Below, in pieces: positions 52,034 to 62,233 of a DNA stretch of 64,000 bases. The DNA comes from Bacillota bacterium (lineage in GTDB: Bacteria > Bacillota > Clostridia > Christensenellales > Aristaeellaceae): positions 51,630 to 115,629 of the forward strand of contig JAEWVC010000064.1 in NCBI GenBank assembly GCA_023459275.1. Direction: 5' to 3'. The notes under the pieces were generated by a model that ran no database searches, was not told the DNA's origin, and saw only the letters and a program-made list of their open reading frames with translations. Position numbers and translations under genes: made by a program. How positions within the stretch are numbered: the first letter of the stretch is position 1; each line of letters begins with the position of its first letter.

Positions 52034-53879
52034 TGGCCATCGCCCCTTTCTCCCCCTCGGGCACGCTTTGATAATAGCTGGCCTGCACGGAAAACATGCG
52101 GGCGTATATCCCATTCAGGCGCATCAACTCCTCATGGGTTCCTTCTTCCGCCACGGTGCTGCCGTCAAGCAGCAGGATCCTGTCGCAGAACCTGGTGCTG
52201 GCCAGGCGGTGGGAGATAAAGACGGAGGTCCTTCCCCGGGTCAGTTCCGCGTATTTCTGATACACCTCATTTTCGGCGATGGGGTCCAATGCGGCGGTGG
52301 GTTCATCCAGCACCAGCACCGGCGCATTCTTGTACAGGGCACGGGCCAGGGCCAGTTTCTGCTTTTCGCCGCCTGACAGCTCGATAGCGTCCGAATGGAC
52401 CGATCTCACCAGCATCGTTCTTTCCTTTTTTTCAAGGCTTTGAACCTTCTCCCACAGCCCTGCCAGGCGAAGGCAGTGGAAAACCCTGTCCATGTCCGTT
52501 TCGTCCGGCGTCCGCTGCGACACATTGCCCGCGATGTCGCAGCTCAGCAGGTGGATATCCTGAAATACGGGCGAAAACAGCGAATAGTATTCATCCCGGT
52601 TATAGGCGGCCACGGGCTGGCCATTGAGCAGCACTTGGCCCCCGGTGGGCACGTACAGCCCACATAAAAGCTTGACCAGCGTGGTTTTGCCCGCGCCGTT
52701 TGTGCCTACGATGGCAACGCGTTCCCCAGGCCGGATGGTAAAGCGGATATCCCGAAGGGCCGGCTTTTCCGCCTTGGGATAGGTGTATTCCACCCCTGCG
52801 CAGGTAATGGACAGCGCGGGCGCGTCTCCCATGGGCAGGGGGATACCCTCCCCCGTATTCATACGGTCCGGCTGGTTCAAAAAGGCCCGGATATCCGCCA
52901 TCTCCAGGCTTGCCTTGTGAAGGTCCCCGGCGGCCGTCAAAAGGCCGGCGATCCATCCCGCAATGGCGCCGACTGCGGCAAAAACGAATACGAAATCCCC
53001 CAGGGACAGGCGGCCGTTCAACAGCAGGTAAATCAGAAACGCATAGGCCAGTCCATCCCGCAGGAAGACCAGCAGCCCGTCCAGCAGCTTTGTGCGCATT
53101 TTGCGGACGCCCACCTGATCCTCCGCATTCCCGTACAGGTCCAGCTGCTTTTTCACACGGCCGTGAAGCCAGCCGAACGCGCCGTACAGCCGGATATCCT
53201 TGGCGGCCTCCTCATCCTTCAACGCTTTTTGCAGCACATCAAACTGCCGGTACAGCTTGCTGCGCTCCTCCCGGGTGCTTTCTATGTAGCGGCGCAGGCT
53301 GTCCATGGCCCGCCAGTTCAGGATAGCCGACAGGAGCAGCACCAGCAAGATGGCCGGGTGTACGGTAAGGATCACCGTGGCATACAGCAAAAGGCCCGCT
53401 GTGTTGGAAAGCACTTCCACCGCAAGCCTTGGGATGTTCATCCCCAGGGCATGGTTGCTGGTGAGCGCCTTGTCCGCCTTGTCCGCCACAGCCTTCGCGC
53501 CGGGGTCCTCCATCAGTTCATAGTCCATCCGCATCCGTTTTTCGCTTTGCCGCACCAGCATTTTCATAATGCCTACCGTGCCCACGGATTCGTTTACGAT
53601 GGCGTCGGTGAAGCTCTTCAAATAATTCAGCACAGTAAGCAGCAATGCCATGCCGCCCACCAGCAGCAAAAAGCGCTCCGTACCCGCTCCGGCCTGGATC
53701 TGGTCGATCACCAGCTTGGGCATGAAGATCCCGGCAAAGGGCAGCCCCACGCGCATGGGAACAGCAAGGGCGCACAGGAGCACAAGGGCCTTTCGCTCCC
53801 GCCAATACACGGGAAGGACGAACCGGATCGTTTGCACAACCGATCCGGAGACTGATTCAGCGGACTTTTTGCGCTGCAA
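52026..53879 (-). CDS. ABC exporter, fused permease/ATPase (heterodimer partner A)
   Basis: TMD plus NBD (GTNGAGKTT, LSGGEKQKLALARAL, LVLDEPTAALD). TTG at 53879 is proposed as the start (AGGGGGG 7 nt upstream). The ORF-track N-terminal extension to 54134 overlaps pyrG and its terminator. Confidence 0.85.
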   Translation of the reverse strand: MQRKKSAESVSGSVVQTIRFVLPVYWRERKALVLLCALAVPMRVGLPFAGIFMPKLVIDQIQAGAGTERFLLLVGGMALLLTVLNYLKSFTDAIVNESVGTVGIMKMLVRQSEKRMRMDYELMEDPGAKAVADKADKALTSNHALGMNIPRLAVEVLSNTAGLLLYATVILTVHPAILLVLLLSAILNWRAMDSLRRYIESTREERSKLYRQFDVLQKALKDEEAAKDIRLYGAFGWLHGRVKKQLDLYGNAEDQVGVRKMRTKLLDGLLVFLRDGLAYAFLIYLLLNGRLSLGDFVFVFAAVGAIAGWIAGLLTAAGDLHKASLEMADIRAFLNQPDRMNTGEGIPLPMGDAPALSITCAGVEYTYPKAEKPALRDIRFTIRPGERVAIVGTNGAGKTTLVKLLCGLYVPTGGQVLLNGQPVAAYNRDEYYSLFSPVFQDIHLLSCDIAGNVSQRTPDETDMDRVFHCLRLAGLWEKVQSLEKKERTMLVRSVHSDAIELSGGEKQKLALARALYKNAPVLVLDEPTAALDPIAENEVYQKYAELTRGRTSVFISHRLASTRFCDRILLLDGSTVAEEGTHEELMRLNGIYARMFSVQASYYQSVPEGEKGAMANG

Positions 53880-54048
53880 GAAACCGCCCCCCTGCCGATT
53901 TTTTAAGCCGCACGGGTTTCGCGGCCCTACGGACCCTGTTGCCTTCCTCCTTTGAACGAATAGGAGGAAGGAAGTATTTAGAAAGGTTAACGAAAGATGC
54001 AATGGCTCAACGTACCGGCCCTCAAGGCAAAGATACGAAGCGTTCTGC

Positions 54049-54077
54049 AAAAAGGCGGCGGGCAAATGCCCACCGCC
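54049..54077 (-). terminator. rho-independent terminator after pyrG
   Basis: Minus strand: GGCGGTGGGC-attt-GCCCGCCGCC (one G-U pair) followed by TTTTT. Confidence 0.7.
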
Positions 54078-54090
54078 CGGTTGGATATGT

Positions 54091-55707
54091 TTATTCGTCC
54101 GTCTCTTCGGCAGCTTTGAGCGCCGCGCCCACAAAATCCCTGAACAAGGGATGCGGGCGGTTGGGGCGGCTTTTCAGCTCCGGATGGAACTGCACCCCCA
54201 CAAACCAGGGATGGTCGGCGATCTCCACGATCTCCACCAGGTTCCGCTCCGGATTCCGGCCGGCCACGCGCATGCCGCCCGCCACAAACCTGTCCAAATA
54301 CGCGTTGTTGAACTCATAGCGGTGGCGGTGGCGCTCCCAGACCTCTTCGGTGTCATAGGCCGCATGGCTGAAGGTGCCTGGGATAAGCTCGCAGCGGTAC
54401 TTGCCCAGCCGCATGGTGCCGCCCAGATCCTGCAGGTTTTGGTCCGGCATCAAATCGATGACGGGGTAGGTGGTGTGGGGATCGGTCTCTGTGGTATTGG
54501 CATCCCGCAAGTCCAGCACGTGGCGGGCAAACTCGATCACCGCCATTTGAAGCCCCAGGCAAAGGCCGAAGAAGGGAATTTGATTCTCCCTGGCATAGCG
54601 CACGGCCACCATCTTTCCCTCCAGCCCCCGGGAGCCAAAGCCGCCGGGTACCAGGATACCGTGGGCATTTTGCAGCCTTTGGGCTACGTTCTCCTCCGTC
54701 AATTCCTCCGCGGCCACCCAATCGATGCGCACCTTGGCATGATGGTGGATTCCGCCGTGGGTCAGCGCCTCCACCACGCTCAGGTAGGCGTCGGGCAGTT
54801 CGATATATTTCCCTACCAGGGCGATGGTAACGGACCTGTCGCAGGTCAATTGCCGGTTGACCATGGCCTGCCACTCGGTAAGGTCGCACTCCCCCTCCGG
54901 GATGCCCAGCATCTGGCACACCTTTTGATCCATGCCCTCGGCGTGGAGCATCAGGGGCACTTCATAAATGGTGCGGGCGTTGAGGTTTTGGAACACCCTG
55001 TCCACCGGAAGGTTGCAGAACAGCGAAATCTTGGAGCGCAGTTCAAAGGGGATGGGATGCTCGCTGCGGCACACCAGCATGTCCGGAGAGATGCCGATGG
55101 CTCCCAGCTCCTTCACGCTGTGCTGGGTGGGCTTTGTTTTCAGTTCTCCCGCGGCGCTTAAGTACGGCACCAGCGTCACGTGGATATACAGGCAGTTTTC
55201 CCTTCCCACCTCGGCGCGCATCTGCCGGATGGCTTCCAAAAAGGGCTGGCTCTCAATATCGCCCACCGTGCCGCCCACCTCGGTGATCACCACATCCGGG
55301 GGGTTCGGCGTGCGGGAGATGGCCAGAATGTTCTTCTTGATCTCGTTGGTGATGTGCGGGATCACCTGGATGGTGGCGCCCAGATACTCGCCCCGGCGCT
55401 CCCGGTCGATGACCGTCTTGTATACGCGGCCGGAGGTAACATTGGCCGCCTGGGTGAGGCTTTCGTCGATGAAACGTTCGTAGTGGCCCAGGTCCAGGTC
55501 GGTCTCCGCGCCGTCGTCGGTGACGAATACCTCCCCGTGCTGGTAGGGATTCATGGTTCCGGGGTCCACGTTGATGTAAGGGTCAAACTTCTGGATAGAA
55601 ACCTTCAGGCCCCGGCATTTGAGGAGCCGCCCCAGGGATGCCGCCGTGATCCCCTTGCCCAGGGAAGAGACCACTCCGCCGGTCACGAAGATGAATTTGG
55701 TGTTCAT
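54091..55707 (-). CDS. pyrG: CTP synthase
   Basis: [20 protein letters not shown] at the N-terminus and the GATase motif GLCLGLQ. 538 aa. Confidence 0.95.
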   Translation of the reverse strand: MNTKFIFVTGGVVSSLGKGITAASLGRLLKCRGLKVSIQKFDPYINVDPGTMNPYQHGEVFVTDDGAETDLDLGHYERFIDESLTQAANVTSGRVYKTVIDRERRGEYLGATIQVIPHITNEIKKNILAISRTPNPPDVVITEVGGTVGDIESQPFLEAIRQMRAEVGRENCLYIHVTLVPYLSAAGELKTKPTQHSVKELGAIGISPDMLVCRSEHPIPFELRSKISLFCNLPVDRVFQNLNARTIYEVPLMLHAEGMDQKVCQMLGIPEGECDLTEWQAMVNRQLTCDRSVTIALVGKYIELPDAYLSVVEALTHGGIHHHAKVRIDWVAAEELTEENVAQRLQNAHGILVPGGFGSRGLEGKMVAVRYARENQIPFFGLCLGLQMAVIEFARHVLDLRDANTTETDPHTTYPVIDLMPDQNLQDLGGTMRLGKYRCELIPGTFSHAAYDTEEVWERHRHRYEFNNAYLDRFVAGGMRVAGRNPERNLVEIVEIADHPWFVGVQFHPELKSRPNRPHPLFRDFVGAALKAAEETDE

Positions 55708-55752
55708 TCCGCATCCTCCCTTCCGCTGTTCCCGAAAAACAAACTATGCTCC

Positions 55753-55781
55753 ATTGTACAAGCCGGAAGGGTATCCGTCAA
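55753..55781 (-). promoter_or_regulatory. candidate promoter of pyrG
   Basis: Minus strand: TTGACG (55781-55776), a 17-nt spacer, then TACAAT (55758-55753). Confidence 0.5.
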
Positions 55782-55802
55782 TGGGAAAACTGCAGGAAAT
55801 GC

Positions 55803-55845
55803 AAAAAAAGCGGAGAAGGCTCCTTTCGATAAGGAAGCCCTCCCC
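55803..55845 (-). terminator. terminator after the BMP ABC importer operon
   Basis: Minus strand: an imperfect hairpin GGAGGGCTTCC...GGAGCCTTCTCC followed by GCTTTTTTT. Confidence 0.55.
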
Positions 55846-55862
55846 GTTGCCGGAAAACCATA

Positions 55863-56822
55863 TTATCTCCCGCCCTTGTCGTAGGGGATGCCCGAAGCTC
55901 TTGGCGCCTGGGAGTTCCTGCTGGAGAAAGCCAGCACGATGAGCGTAGCGATGAAGGGGATCATTTTATAAATGTCGCTGGGGATCTTCAGCGCTTTCAA
56001 AAAGTCGATACCGGAATAGGCGGATGCAATTGTCTTCATCAGCCCGAAGAACAGCGCAGCGAAGAAAATGCGCAGCGGCTTCCACTGCCCGAAGATCAAT
56101 ACCGCCAGCGCCAGAAACCCGTAGCCGGATACCGTAGCGCTGAATTCCGTGGACGTGGGCACCACAAAGATCAACCCGCCCAGGCCCGCCAGCGCCCCGG
56201 AGATCATGACCCCGGCATACCGGATACGGTACACGTTCACGCCCACGCTGTCCGCCGCCTGCGGATGCTCGCCGCATGCCCGGAGGCGCAGGCCGAATTT
56301 CGTCTTATACAGCACAAATGCAGCAGCCGCCAAAATCAACAGCCCCAGGTAGGTTGTGATATAGGCGTTCTGAAATAGCAGCGGCCCGATCACAGGGATA
56401 TCCCCCAGCATCGGCACCTTGTGTATGCGGAAGGTGTTTTCAAAATGCACCTGCTGTACCCCGTTGGCCTGCAGTGTCCTTGCGGCATAGATGGCGATGG
56501 CAGGGGCCACCATGTTCAACGCCGTGCCGCTGATGGTCTGGTCAGCCCGCAAGTTGACGGAAGCGTAGGCGTGCAGCAATGAAAAGATCAGGCCGGACCC
56601 TGCGGCGACCAAAATGGCCAGCAGCAGCAATCCCTGGCCGCTCATTACGCTTTCCATCCTGTTTACAAAGAGGACGCTGCAAAACGCGCCCATGATCATA
56701 ATACCTTCCAGCGCGATGTTCACCACGCCGCTGCGTTCTGAAAACATGCCGCCCAAGGCCACCACCAGCAATGGGATGGAGAAAAACATCATCTGCTGCA
56801 CCAGGAAATAAATCGCGTCCAT
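55863..56822 (-). CDS. ABC transporter permease (BMP/nucleoside-type importer)
   Basis: BPD_transp_2-type polytopic protein and the last gene of the BMP importer operon. Confidence 0.88.
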   Translation of the reverse strand: MDAIYFLVQQMMFFSIPLLVVALGGMFSERSGVVNIALEGIMIMGAFCSVLFVNRMESVMSGQGLLLLAILVAAGSGLIFSLLHAYASVNLRADQTISGTALNMVAPAIAIYAARTLQANGVQQVHFENTFRIHKVPMLGDIPVIGPLLFQNAYITTYLGLLILAAAAFVLYKTKFGLRLRACGEHPQAADSVGVNVYRIRYAGVMISGALAGLGGLIFVVPTSTEFSATVSGYGFLALAVLIFGQWKPLRIFFAALFFGLMKTIASAYSGIDFLKALKIPSDIYKMIPFIATLIVLAFSSRNSQAPRASGIPYDKGGR

Positions 56823-58025
56823 CTATGCTTTCCCTCCCTCGCCGGCATCTTCTGTCTTCACCGTTTCCTCCTGCACCCGCTGCCCGTCAAGCCTCGCCCT
56901 GCGGCTCTTCACCCGGCCGAAAACATCCCGCACGAACAGGGAGAAGGCGCTGAAATAGATGATGATACCGATGATGATGTCAATGATTTCGTTCATATAT
57001 TTCAGAGATTGCAGATACGACCCGCCTACCATGATATACGCCACGAACAGGCCGGAGAAGATAATCCCGATAGGGTTTGAAAGACCCAGCAGCGCCACGG
57101 GGATGCCATTGAAGCCCTGGACAGAGAGCACCTCCTCCAGGCGGATATGCAGCCCCTGGGAAGGCGCCAGGTACATCAGCCCGCCGGCTGCTCCGGCCAG
57201 CGCCCCGGCGATGGCCATGGACAGCACGATGGAGCGTTTTTCATTGATCCCCGCATAGCGGCTGGCGCTGCGGTTGTAGCCGCAGGCCTTCAGTTCATAG
57301 CCGAAGGTGGTGCGGTTCAGGATCACATAGACTATCAGTGCCAGCAGGACCGCGATGAGTATGCCGCCGTTCACGCTGGACGCATCCTTGTATTTCCCCA
57401 CCAGCGTATAAAAAATATTGTTGAGGCCCGCCGCGGGGATCACCGCGTGCTTGTCCACATTGACGGTAATGTTTTTCAGCTTATCATACACAAGGTACGC
57501 ATTTTGCCCAGTGGCGGCATTGTAGACCGTCAGGTTCCTGATCAGGTAATTGACGCCGTACATGCCGATGTAGTTCATCATGATGGAGGAAATGACCTCA
57601 TTCACATTGAACAGCGCCTTGAAAACGCCGGGCACCATGCCCCACAGCGCGCCGGCGGCCATCCCGCAAAGCAGTGCGCCCAGCCATTGGACGGGTCCAA
57701 GGAAATCCCCGGTGACGCCCACCAGGATCGCCACAAAGCCGCCCACAATCAATTGCCCGGCGGCGCCGATATTGAAAAGCCCCGTCTTGAAGGCAAAACC
57801 CACCGAGAGGCCGGTTACGATGATGGGCGTTGCATAGTACAGGACCTGGCCCATCCCCTTCATGCCGTTGTTGAATCCGCCGGCCAGGATGATCCACAGC
57901 CCCTTTACCGCATTTTGCGGATTGCTGACAAGAAGAATCACAAAGCCCGCCGCAAGACCCACCAGGATGGCAATCAGCGAGGAAGCAGCGCTGGACAGGC
58001 CCTTGAGCCGGAATCTTTTCTTCAC
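56823..58025 (-). CDS. ABC transporter permease (BMP/nucleoside-type importer)
   Basis: BPD_transp_2-type polytopic protein. Its GTG start overlaps the ATPase stop (GTGA at 58022-58025). Confidence 0.88.
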   Translation of the reverse strand: MKKRFRLKGLSSAASSLIAILVGLAAGFVILLVSNPQNAVKGLWIILAGGFNNGMKGMGQVLYYATPIIVTGLSVGFAFKTGLFNIGAAGQLIVGGFVAILVGVTGDFLGPVQWLGALLCGMAAGALWGMVPGVFKALFNVNEVISSIMMNYIGMYGVNYLIRNLTVYNAATGQNAYLVYDKLKNITVNVDKHAVIPAAGLNNIFYTLVGKYKDASSVNGGILIAVLLALIVYVILNRTTFGYELKACGYNRSASRYAGINEKRSIVLSMAIAGALAGAAGGLMYLAPSQGLHIRLEEVLSVQGFNGIPVALLGLSNPIGIIFSGLFVAYIMVGGSYLQSLKYMNEIIDIIIGIIIYFSAFSLFVRDVFGRVKSRRARLDGQRVQEETVKTEDAGEGGKA

Positions 58026-59548
58026 ACCACTTCACTCCTTCCGGACCCGGCCATGTACAGGCCCAGCTCCTGCGCCGTGACCCCTTTGGCGTCCAGGTTG
58101 GCGACGATCTCCCCTTCATACATCACCAGGATGCGGTCCGCAATGTTCATCACCTCATCCAGTTCCAGGGAAATGATCAGCACCGCACGGCCTGCGTCCC
58201 GCTGGGAGATCAGCTGCTTGTGGATGTATTCGATGGCGCCCACGTCCAGGCCTCTGGTGGGCTGAACGGCGATCAGCAATTCCGGCAACAGGCTGATTTC
58301 CCTGGCTACGATGGCCTTTTGCTGATTGCCCCCGGACATACTCCGGACGGTGGTGTATGCCCCCTGGCCCGAGCGGATATCAAACTTTTCGATCAATTCG
58401 TTGGCATGACGGTAGATCTCCCTGAAACGCAGAAAGCCCCTGCGCTGGAACGCGGGCTTATGGTAGCTTTTGAGCACCAGGTTCTCCGCCAGGGAATAAT
58501 CCAGCACCAGGCCGTGCCTGTGCCTGTCCTCGGGGATATGGGACATGCCGAGATCATTGCGGTGCCGTATGGAAACATGGGTGATCTCCGCTTCGTTCAT
58601 AAAAATCTTTCCGCTGTCAGGCGCCATCAGCCCGGTCAAGGCGTAGACCAGCTCACTCTGGCCGTTTCCGTCGATGCCCGCCACGCAGACGATCTCCCCC
58701 GCGCGCACATGAAAGGACACATTGTTGACCAGCTTTTTCCCGTGGTGGTGGCTGAACACGGAAAGATTCTGCACCGTCAGGGCCGGCCTGCCGGGCTGGG
58801 CTTCCTGCTTTTCCACCACAAAGCTCACCTTTCGGCCCACCATCATCTCCGCAAGCTGTCCCACGGAAACGTTCTTCACGTCCACGGTGCCGATCAGTTG
58901 GCCCTTGCGAAGCACCGTGCAGCGGTCCGCCACCTGCTTGATCTCATTGAGTTTGTGGGTGATGAACAGAATGGATTTGCCCTCCGCGGCGAGCCCGCGC
59001 ATGATCTTCATCAGCTCGTCGATTTCCTGGGGCGTCAGAACAGCCGTGGGCTCGTCAAAGATCAGCACCTCGTTGTCCCGGTAGAGCATTTTCAAAATTT
59101 CCACCCGCTGCTGCATGCCAACGGTGATATCGGAGATCAGCTTGTCCGGCTCAACCATCAACCCGTACTGCCTGGACAGATCCACAACCTTCTTGCTTGC
59201 CTCCTCCATGCGCAGCACGCCGTGCCTGGTGGTCTCCACACCCATGACGATATTTTCCAGCACGGTGAAATTGTGCACCAGCTTGAAATGCTGATGAACC
59301 ATGCCGATGCGCAGGGCATTGGCGTCGTTGGGATCATGGATTTTTACTTCCTGCCCGTTCTTTTTGATGATCCCGCCGTCCGGCTGGTACAGGCCGAACA
59401 GCACACTCATCAGCGTGGATTTCCCCGCGCCGTTCTCGCCCAGCAGCGCATGGATCTCGCCTTTTGCAAGCTGAAGGCTCACGTCGTCATTTGCGCGGAT
59501 CCCTGGAAAATCCTTGGTGATATGAAGCATTTCAATGACATAATCCAT
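58022..59548 (-). CDS. ABC transporter ATP-binding protein (duplicated NBD, sugar/nucleoside importer type)
   Basis: Two NBDs (GENGAGKST...; GIDGNGQSEL...; LSGGNQQK). ATG at 59548 (MDYVIEMLHITKDFPG) follows AGGGGGG by 7 nt. Confidence 0.9.
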   Translation of the reverse strand: MDYVIEMLHITKDFPGIRANDDVSLQLAKGEIHALLGENGAGKSTLMSVLFGLYQPDGGIIKKNGQEVKIHDPNDANALRIGMVHQHFKLVHNFTVLENIVMGVETTRHGVLRMEEASKKVVDLSRQYGLMVEPDKLISDITVGMQQRVEILKMLYRDNEVLIFDEPTAVLTPQEIDELMKIMRGLAAEGKSILFITHKLNEIKQVADRCTVLRKGQLIGTVDVKNVSVGQLAEMMVGRKVSFVVEKQEAQPGRPALTVQNLSVFSHHHGKKLVNNVSFHVRAGEIVCVAGIDGNGQSELVYALTGLMAPDSGKIFMNEAEITHVSIRHRNDLGMSHIPEDRHRHGLVLDYSLAENLVLKSYHKPAFQRRGFLRFREIYRHANELIEKFDIRSGQGAYTTVRSMSGGNQQKAIVAREISLLPELLIAVQPTRGLDVGAIEYIHKQLISQRDAGRAVLIISLELDEVMNIADRILVMYEGEIVANLDAKGVTAQELGLYMAGSGRSEVV

Positions 59549-59634
59549 TGCGCCGCCCCCCTGCATGGTCCATATAAGCAAGGGGACAGGCAGTTTCCTC
59601 TGCCTGCCCCTTGCGGATGCGCACACCGAACCGG

Positions 59635-60747
59635 TTAAATAACTTCTTCCACCTTGACGATGCTTGTGGGGATCTCCGTCAGCGGAACGCTCAGTTTCTT
59701 CCCGTCGGCATCCATCTTGGTATCCCTGAGCAATTCAATCTCGCCGGCCGCGAACTTGGCGAAAAGCGTGTCGTAATCAGCCTGGGAGAATTTCTCGAAC
59801 CTGGAGGTCTCCATGTTGAAGCCGATGGCATTTTCCGCCGCGCCCAGCGTCAGCGATTGTCCGCCGGGGAAGGTGCCCTCGTAGTACGCGGTGAGCATCA
59901 GTTCCACTTCGGACTGCAGGCTCTTCAAAGCGGAGGTGACAACGGTGGGTGACAGGTCGCTCTGGTCTACGTCCACACCGATGACCTTGCCGTTTTCGCT
60001 GGCTTCCGCGGCAGCCACCACGGAGGAGACCAAGCCGCCGCCGCAGCTGAAGATCGCTGTCACGCCGGAACTATACCAGGAGGCGGCCAGCGTCTGCACT
60101 TCGGGAGTGGGCCAGAAAACGCCGGAATAGTGGTACATCAGGTCGACTTCGGCAAGGCCAAGTACTTCGGCGGCAGCTTCCGCCCCCTGCACAAAGCCAT
60201 AGCCGTACCGGATCACAGCGGGGACCGCCTGGCCGCCCATGAAGCCGATCTTGGTATGGCCGTCCATCACGATGGAATAACCGGCCAAATAGCCAACCTG
60301 CTCTTCCGCAAACTTGATCCCCACCACATTGTCATTGGTGCGGGCTTCCGTATAATCGCCGGTCGCCTCATCGATCTCGCCATTGTTGGGGAAGCCGTCA
60401 ATCAGGATGAAATGGACATCCGGATACTTGTCCTGCGCAATAAAGATGGGCACTTCAAACATATAGCCAGGGGTGACGACTACCTTTGCACCAGCCGCGA
60501 CCGCCTTGTCAATTTCATCCAGGTAGGCATTGGTCGTTCCTTCGGCAGGCTTGTAGTAATTGCAGGTCTTGCCGTTGGCAAGGGCAAATTCCTCCACGCC
60601 TTTCCATGTGAACTGGTTGAATCCCTTGTCATCGACGGTGCCAAGGTCGGTGATCATCGCGATTTCATAGGTGGCTTCAGCCAGCGCTGTGAGGCCGAAC
60701 CCCAGGGTGAGAACCAACGTCAGAAGAAGAGCAAGCGCCTTTTTCAT
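59635..60747 (-). CDS. BMP family ABC transporter substrate-binding lipoprotein/protein
   Basis: Signal peptide MKKALALLLTLVLTLGFGLTALA, then MITDLGTVDDKGFNQ (Bmp/PnrA-like). GGAGGA at 60756-60761 lies upstream of the ATG at 60747. Confidence 0.9.
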   Translation of the reverse strand: MKKALALLLTLVLTLGFGLTALAEATYEIAMITDLGTVDDKGFNQFTWKGVEEFALANGKTCNYYKPAEGTTNAYLDEIDKAVAAGAKVVVTPGYMFEVPIFIAQDKYPDVHFILIDGFPNNGEIDEATGDYTEARTNDNVVGIKFAEEQVGYLAGYSIVMDGHTKIGFMGGQAVPAVIRYGYGFVQGAEAAAEVLGLAEVDLMYHYSGVFWPTPEVQTLAASWYSSGVTAIFSCGGGLVSSVVAAAEASENGKVIGVDVDQSDLSPTVVTSALKSLQSEVELMLTAYYEGTFPGGQSLTLGAAENAIGFNMETSRFEKFSQADYDTLFAKFAAGEIELLRDTKMDADGKKLSVPLTEIPTSIVKVEEVI

Positions 60748-60886
60748 GTATTGTTTCCTCCTTGTATTTTCCCCGTGGCAGATGCGCGGGGCTATGATCA
60801 TATGCATTATAACAGAAGCGCTCCGGCAAGAAAAGGGCAAACCGCCAATTCCAGAAAAAAGATATACAAACTTGTATACACAAATG

Positions 60887-61735
60887 TTACATATCATCCG
60901 TGAGCTTGGCAAACCCCTCGCCCAGTGCCTCGTGGGCCTCGGTAATGAACATGAAAGCCTTTTGGTCTTCCTGCCGGACGATCTCCTTGATCCTTTGCAC
61001 CTCATACCTTCCCGCCACGCACAGGATCACCGGGCGCTCCCGGCCGGAATAGGCGCCGGTGGCGGTAAGCAGCGTCACGCCGCGCTCCACTTCCTCCATC
61101 ACCCGGCTGGTCACCGCCACCGTTTTTTCGGTAATGATGAAGCATGCCCGCTGGGTGCTAAGGCCGTTCAATACCACGTCCACCACCTTGGCGGAAACAA
61201 AGATGCAGATCAGCGCGTACAGCGCGTGCTGCGCGCCGATGGTGAAGCCCGCGGCCACAATCACCAGAAAGTCGATGGCAAAAAGGAAAGCACCCACAGA
61301 AATGAAGGGAAATTTGCGGTGGACCATCCTGGCCACCATGTCGGAGCCGCCAGTGGTAGCCTCGCCCCGCAGAATGATCCCCAATCCGATCCCCATAAGG
61401 CCGCCACCGTACACCGCGCCCAGGAGCACGTCATCTGTCAGCGGCGGCACCTTCATTGCGTCGATGGCCACGGAAAACAGTACCGTAGCCACCAGCGACC
61501 GCCACACGAACACCCGGCCCATAGCCCGGAAACCGATCAGGAACAAGGGCAGGTTCATGATCATGCTGGTCAGGCCCACGGGGAGCCCGAACAGGCGGTT
61601 CAATATGGTGGCGATGCCTGTCAGCCCGCCGGGGGCGATGGCGTTGGGTATAAGAAACAATGGATAGGCAAGGCCGCCTAAAAGGCAGCCTGCCACAATC
61701 AAAACATAGCTGCGCAGCCGCTCCCTTTTCAGCAT
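60887..61735 (-). CDS. YitT family membrane protein (DUF2179 C-terminal domain)
   Basis: The N-terminal region IVAGCLLGGLAYPLFLIPNAIAPGGLTGIA and the C-terminal DUF2179-like segment (VTLLTATGAYSGRERPVILCV) match the family. The start is uncertain: 61735 gives the typical ~282 aa, and 61891 (GGAAGGA upstream) would add a basic 52-aa extension. Confidence 0.8.
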   Translation of the reverse strand: MLKRERLRSYVLIVAGCLLGGLAYPLFLIPNAIAPGGLTGIATILNRLFGLPVGLTSMIMNLPLFLIGFRAMGRVFVWRSLVATVLFSVAIDAMKVPPLTDDVLLGAVYGGGLMGIGLGIILRGEATTGGSDMVARMVHRKFPFISVGAFLFAIDFLVIVAAGFTIGAQHALYALICIFVSAKVVDVVLNGLSTQRACFIITEKTVAVTSRVMEEVERGVTLLTATGAYSGRERPVILCVAGRYEVQRIKEIVRQEDQKAFMFITEAHEALGEGFAKLTDDM

Positions 61736-62127
61736 CCGGGAAAGGTTGTCCGCCTGATTTTTCAAAAAACCCGCCCCCTTGTCTTCCTTCGTGACAGGGA
61801 AAACGCCGCTCTCCCATGAAAGCGACGCTTTTCGGTATTTCGTTCGTTTCAGCAGCCTGCAGGGTCTGAAGGACCGCGCCACAAACCCCATGGGAATTCC
61901 TTCCAAAATCCTTCCCATTTGGAGGAAGGTGGCGCAGCGCCGGATGAGGCTATTGACGTGTGCCTGTACGGCCCGCAGGAATCACCTCATCAGTCGGCTT
62001 CACCGACAGCTTCCCCTTAAAGGAAAGCCATTCATGCCGCCTTCCCCGCAAAGCCTTTCCCAAGGGGAAGGTGTCACCCAAAGGGTGACGGATGAGGTGG
62101 AACGGCGGCAGGTAGCGCCGGATGTGG

Positions 62128-62171
62128 TCCTCCGCCCCGCGCTATTCCGCCACAGGCGGGGGCGGGGCTCC
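62128..62171. repeat. 44-nt direct repeat, copy 1 (intergenic)
   Basis: TCCTCCGCCCCGCGCTATTCCGCCACAGGCGGGGGCGGGGCTCC. It matches copy 2 at 42 of 44 positions and has an internal GCCCCGC / GCGGGGC inverted repeat. Confidence 0.8.
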
Positions 62172-62233
62172 TTCCCATCTGGCTCAATAGTCGCTCTGCT
62201 CACTACCGTTCGCATTGCTCCTTTTCGCCAGCC

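Noticed and set aside
62000-62215. A 71-aa minus-strand ORF downstream of mazF as a possible downstream-encoded antitoxin.
   Set aside because: The SD-like AAGGAG is only 2 nt from the ATG. The product ([30 protein letters not shown]...) is Arg/Ser/Thr-rich and runs through repeat copy 1 and hairpin DNA. It shows no resemblance to MazE/AbrB/CopG folds.
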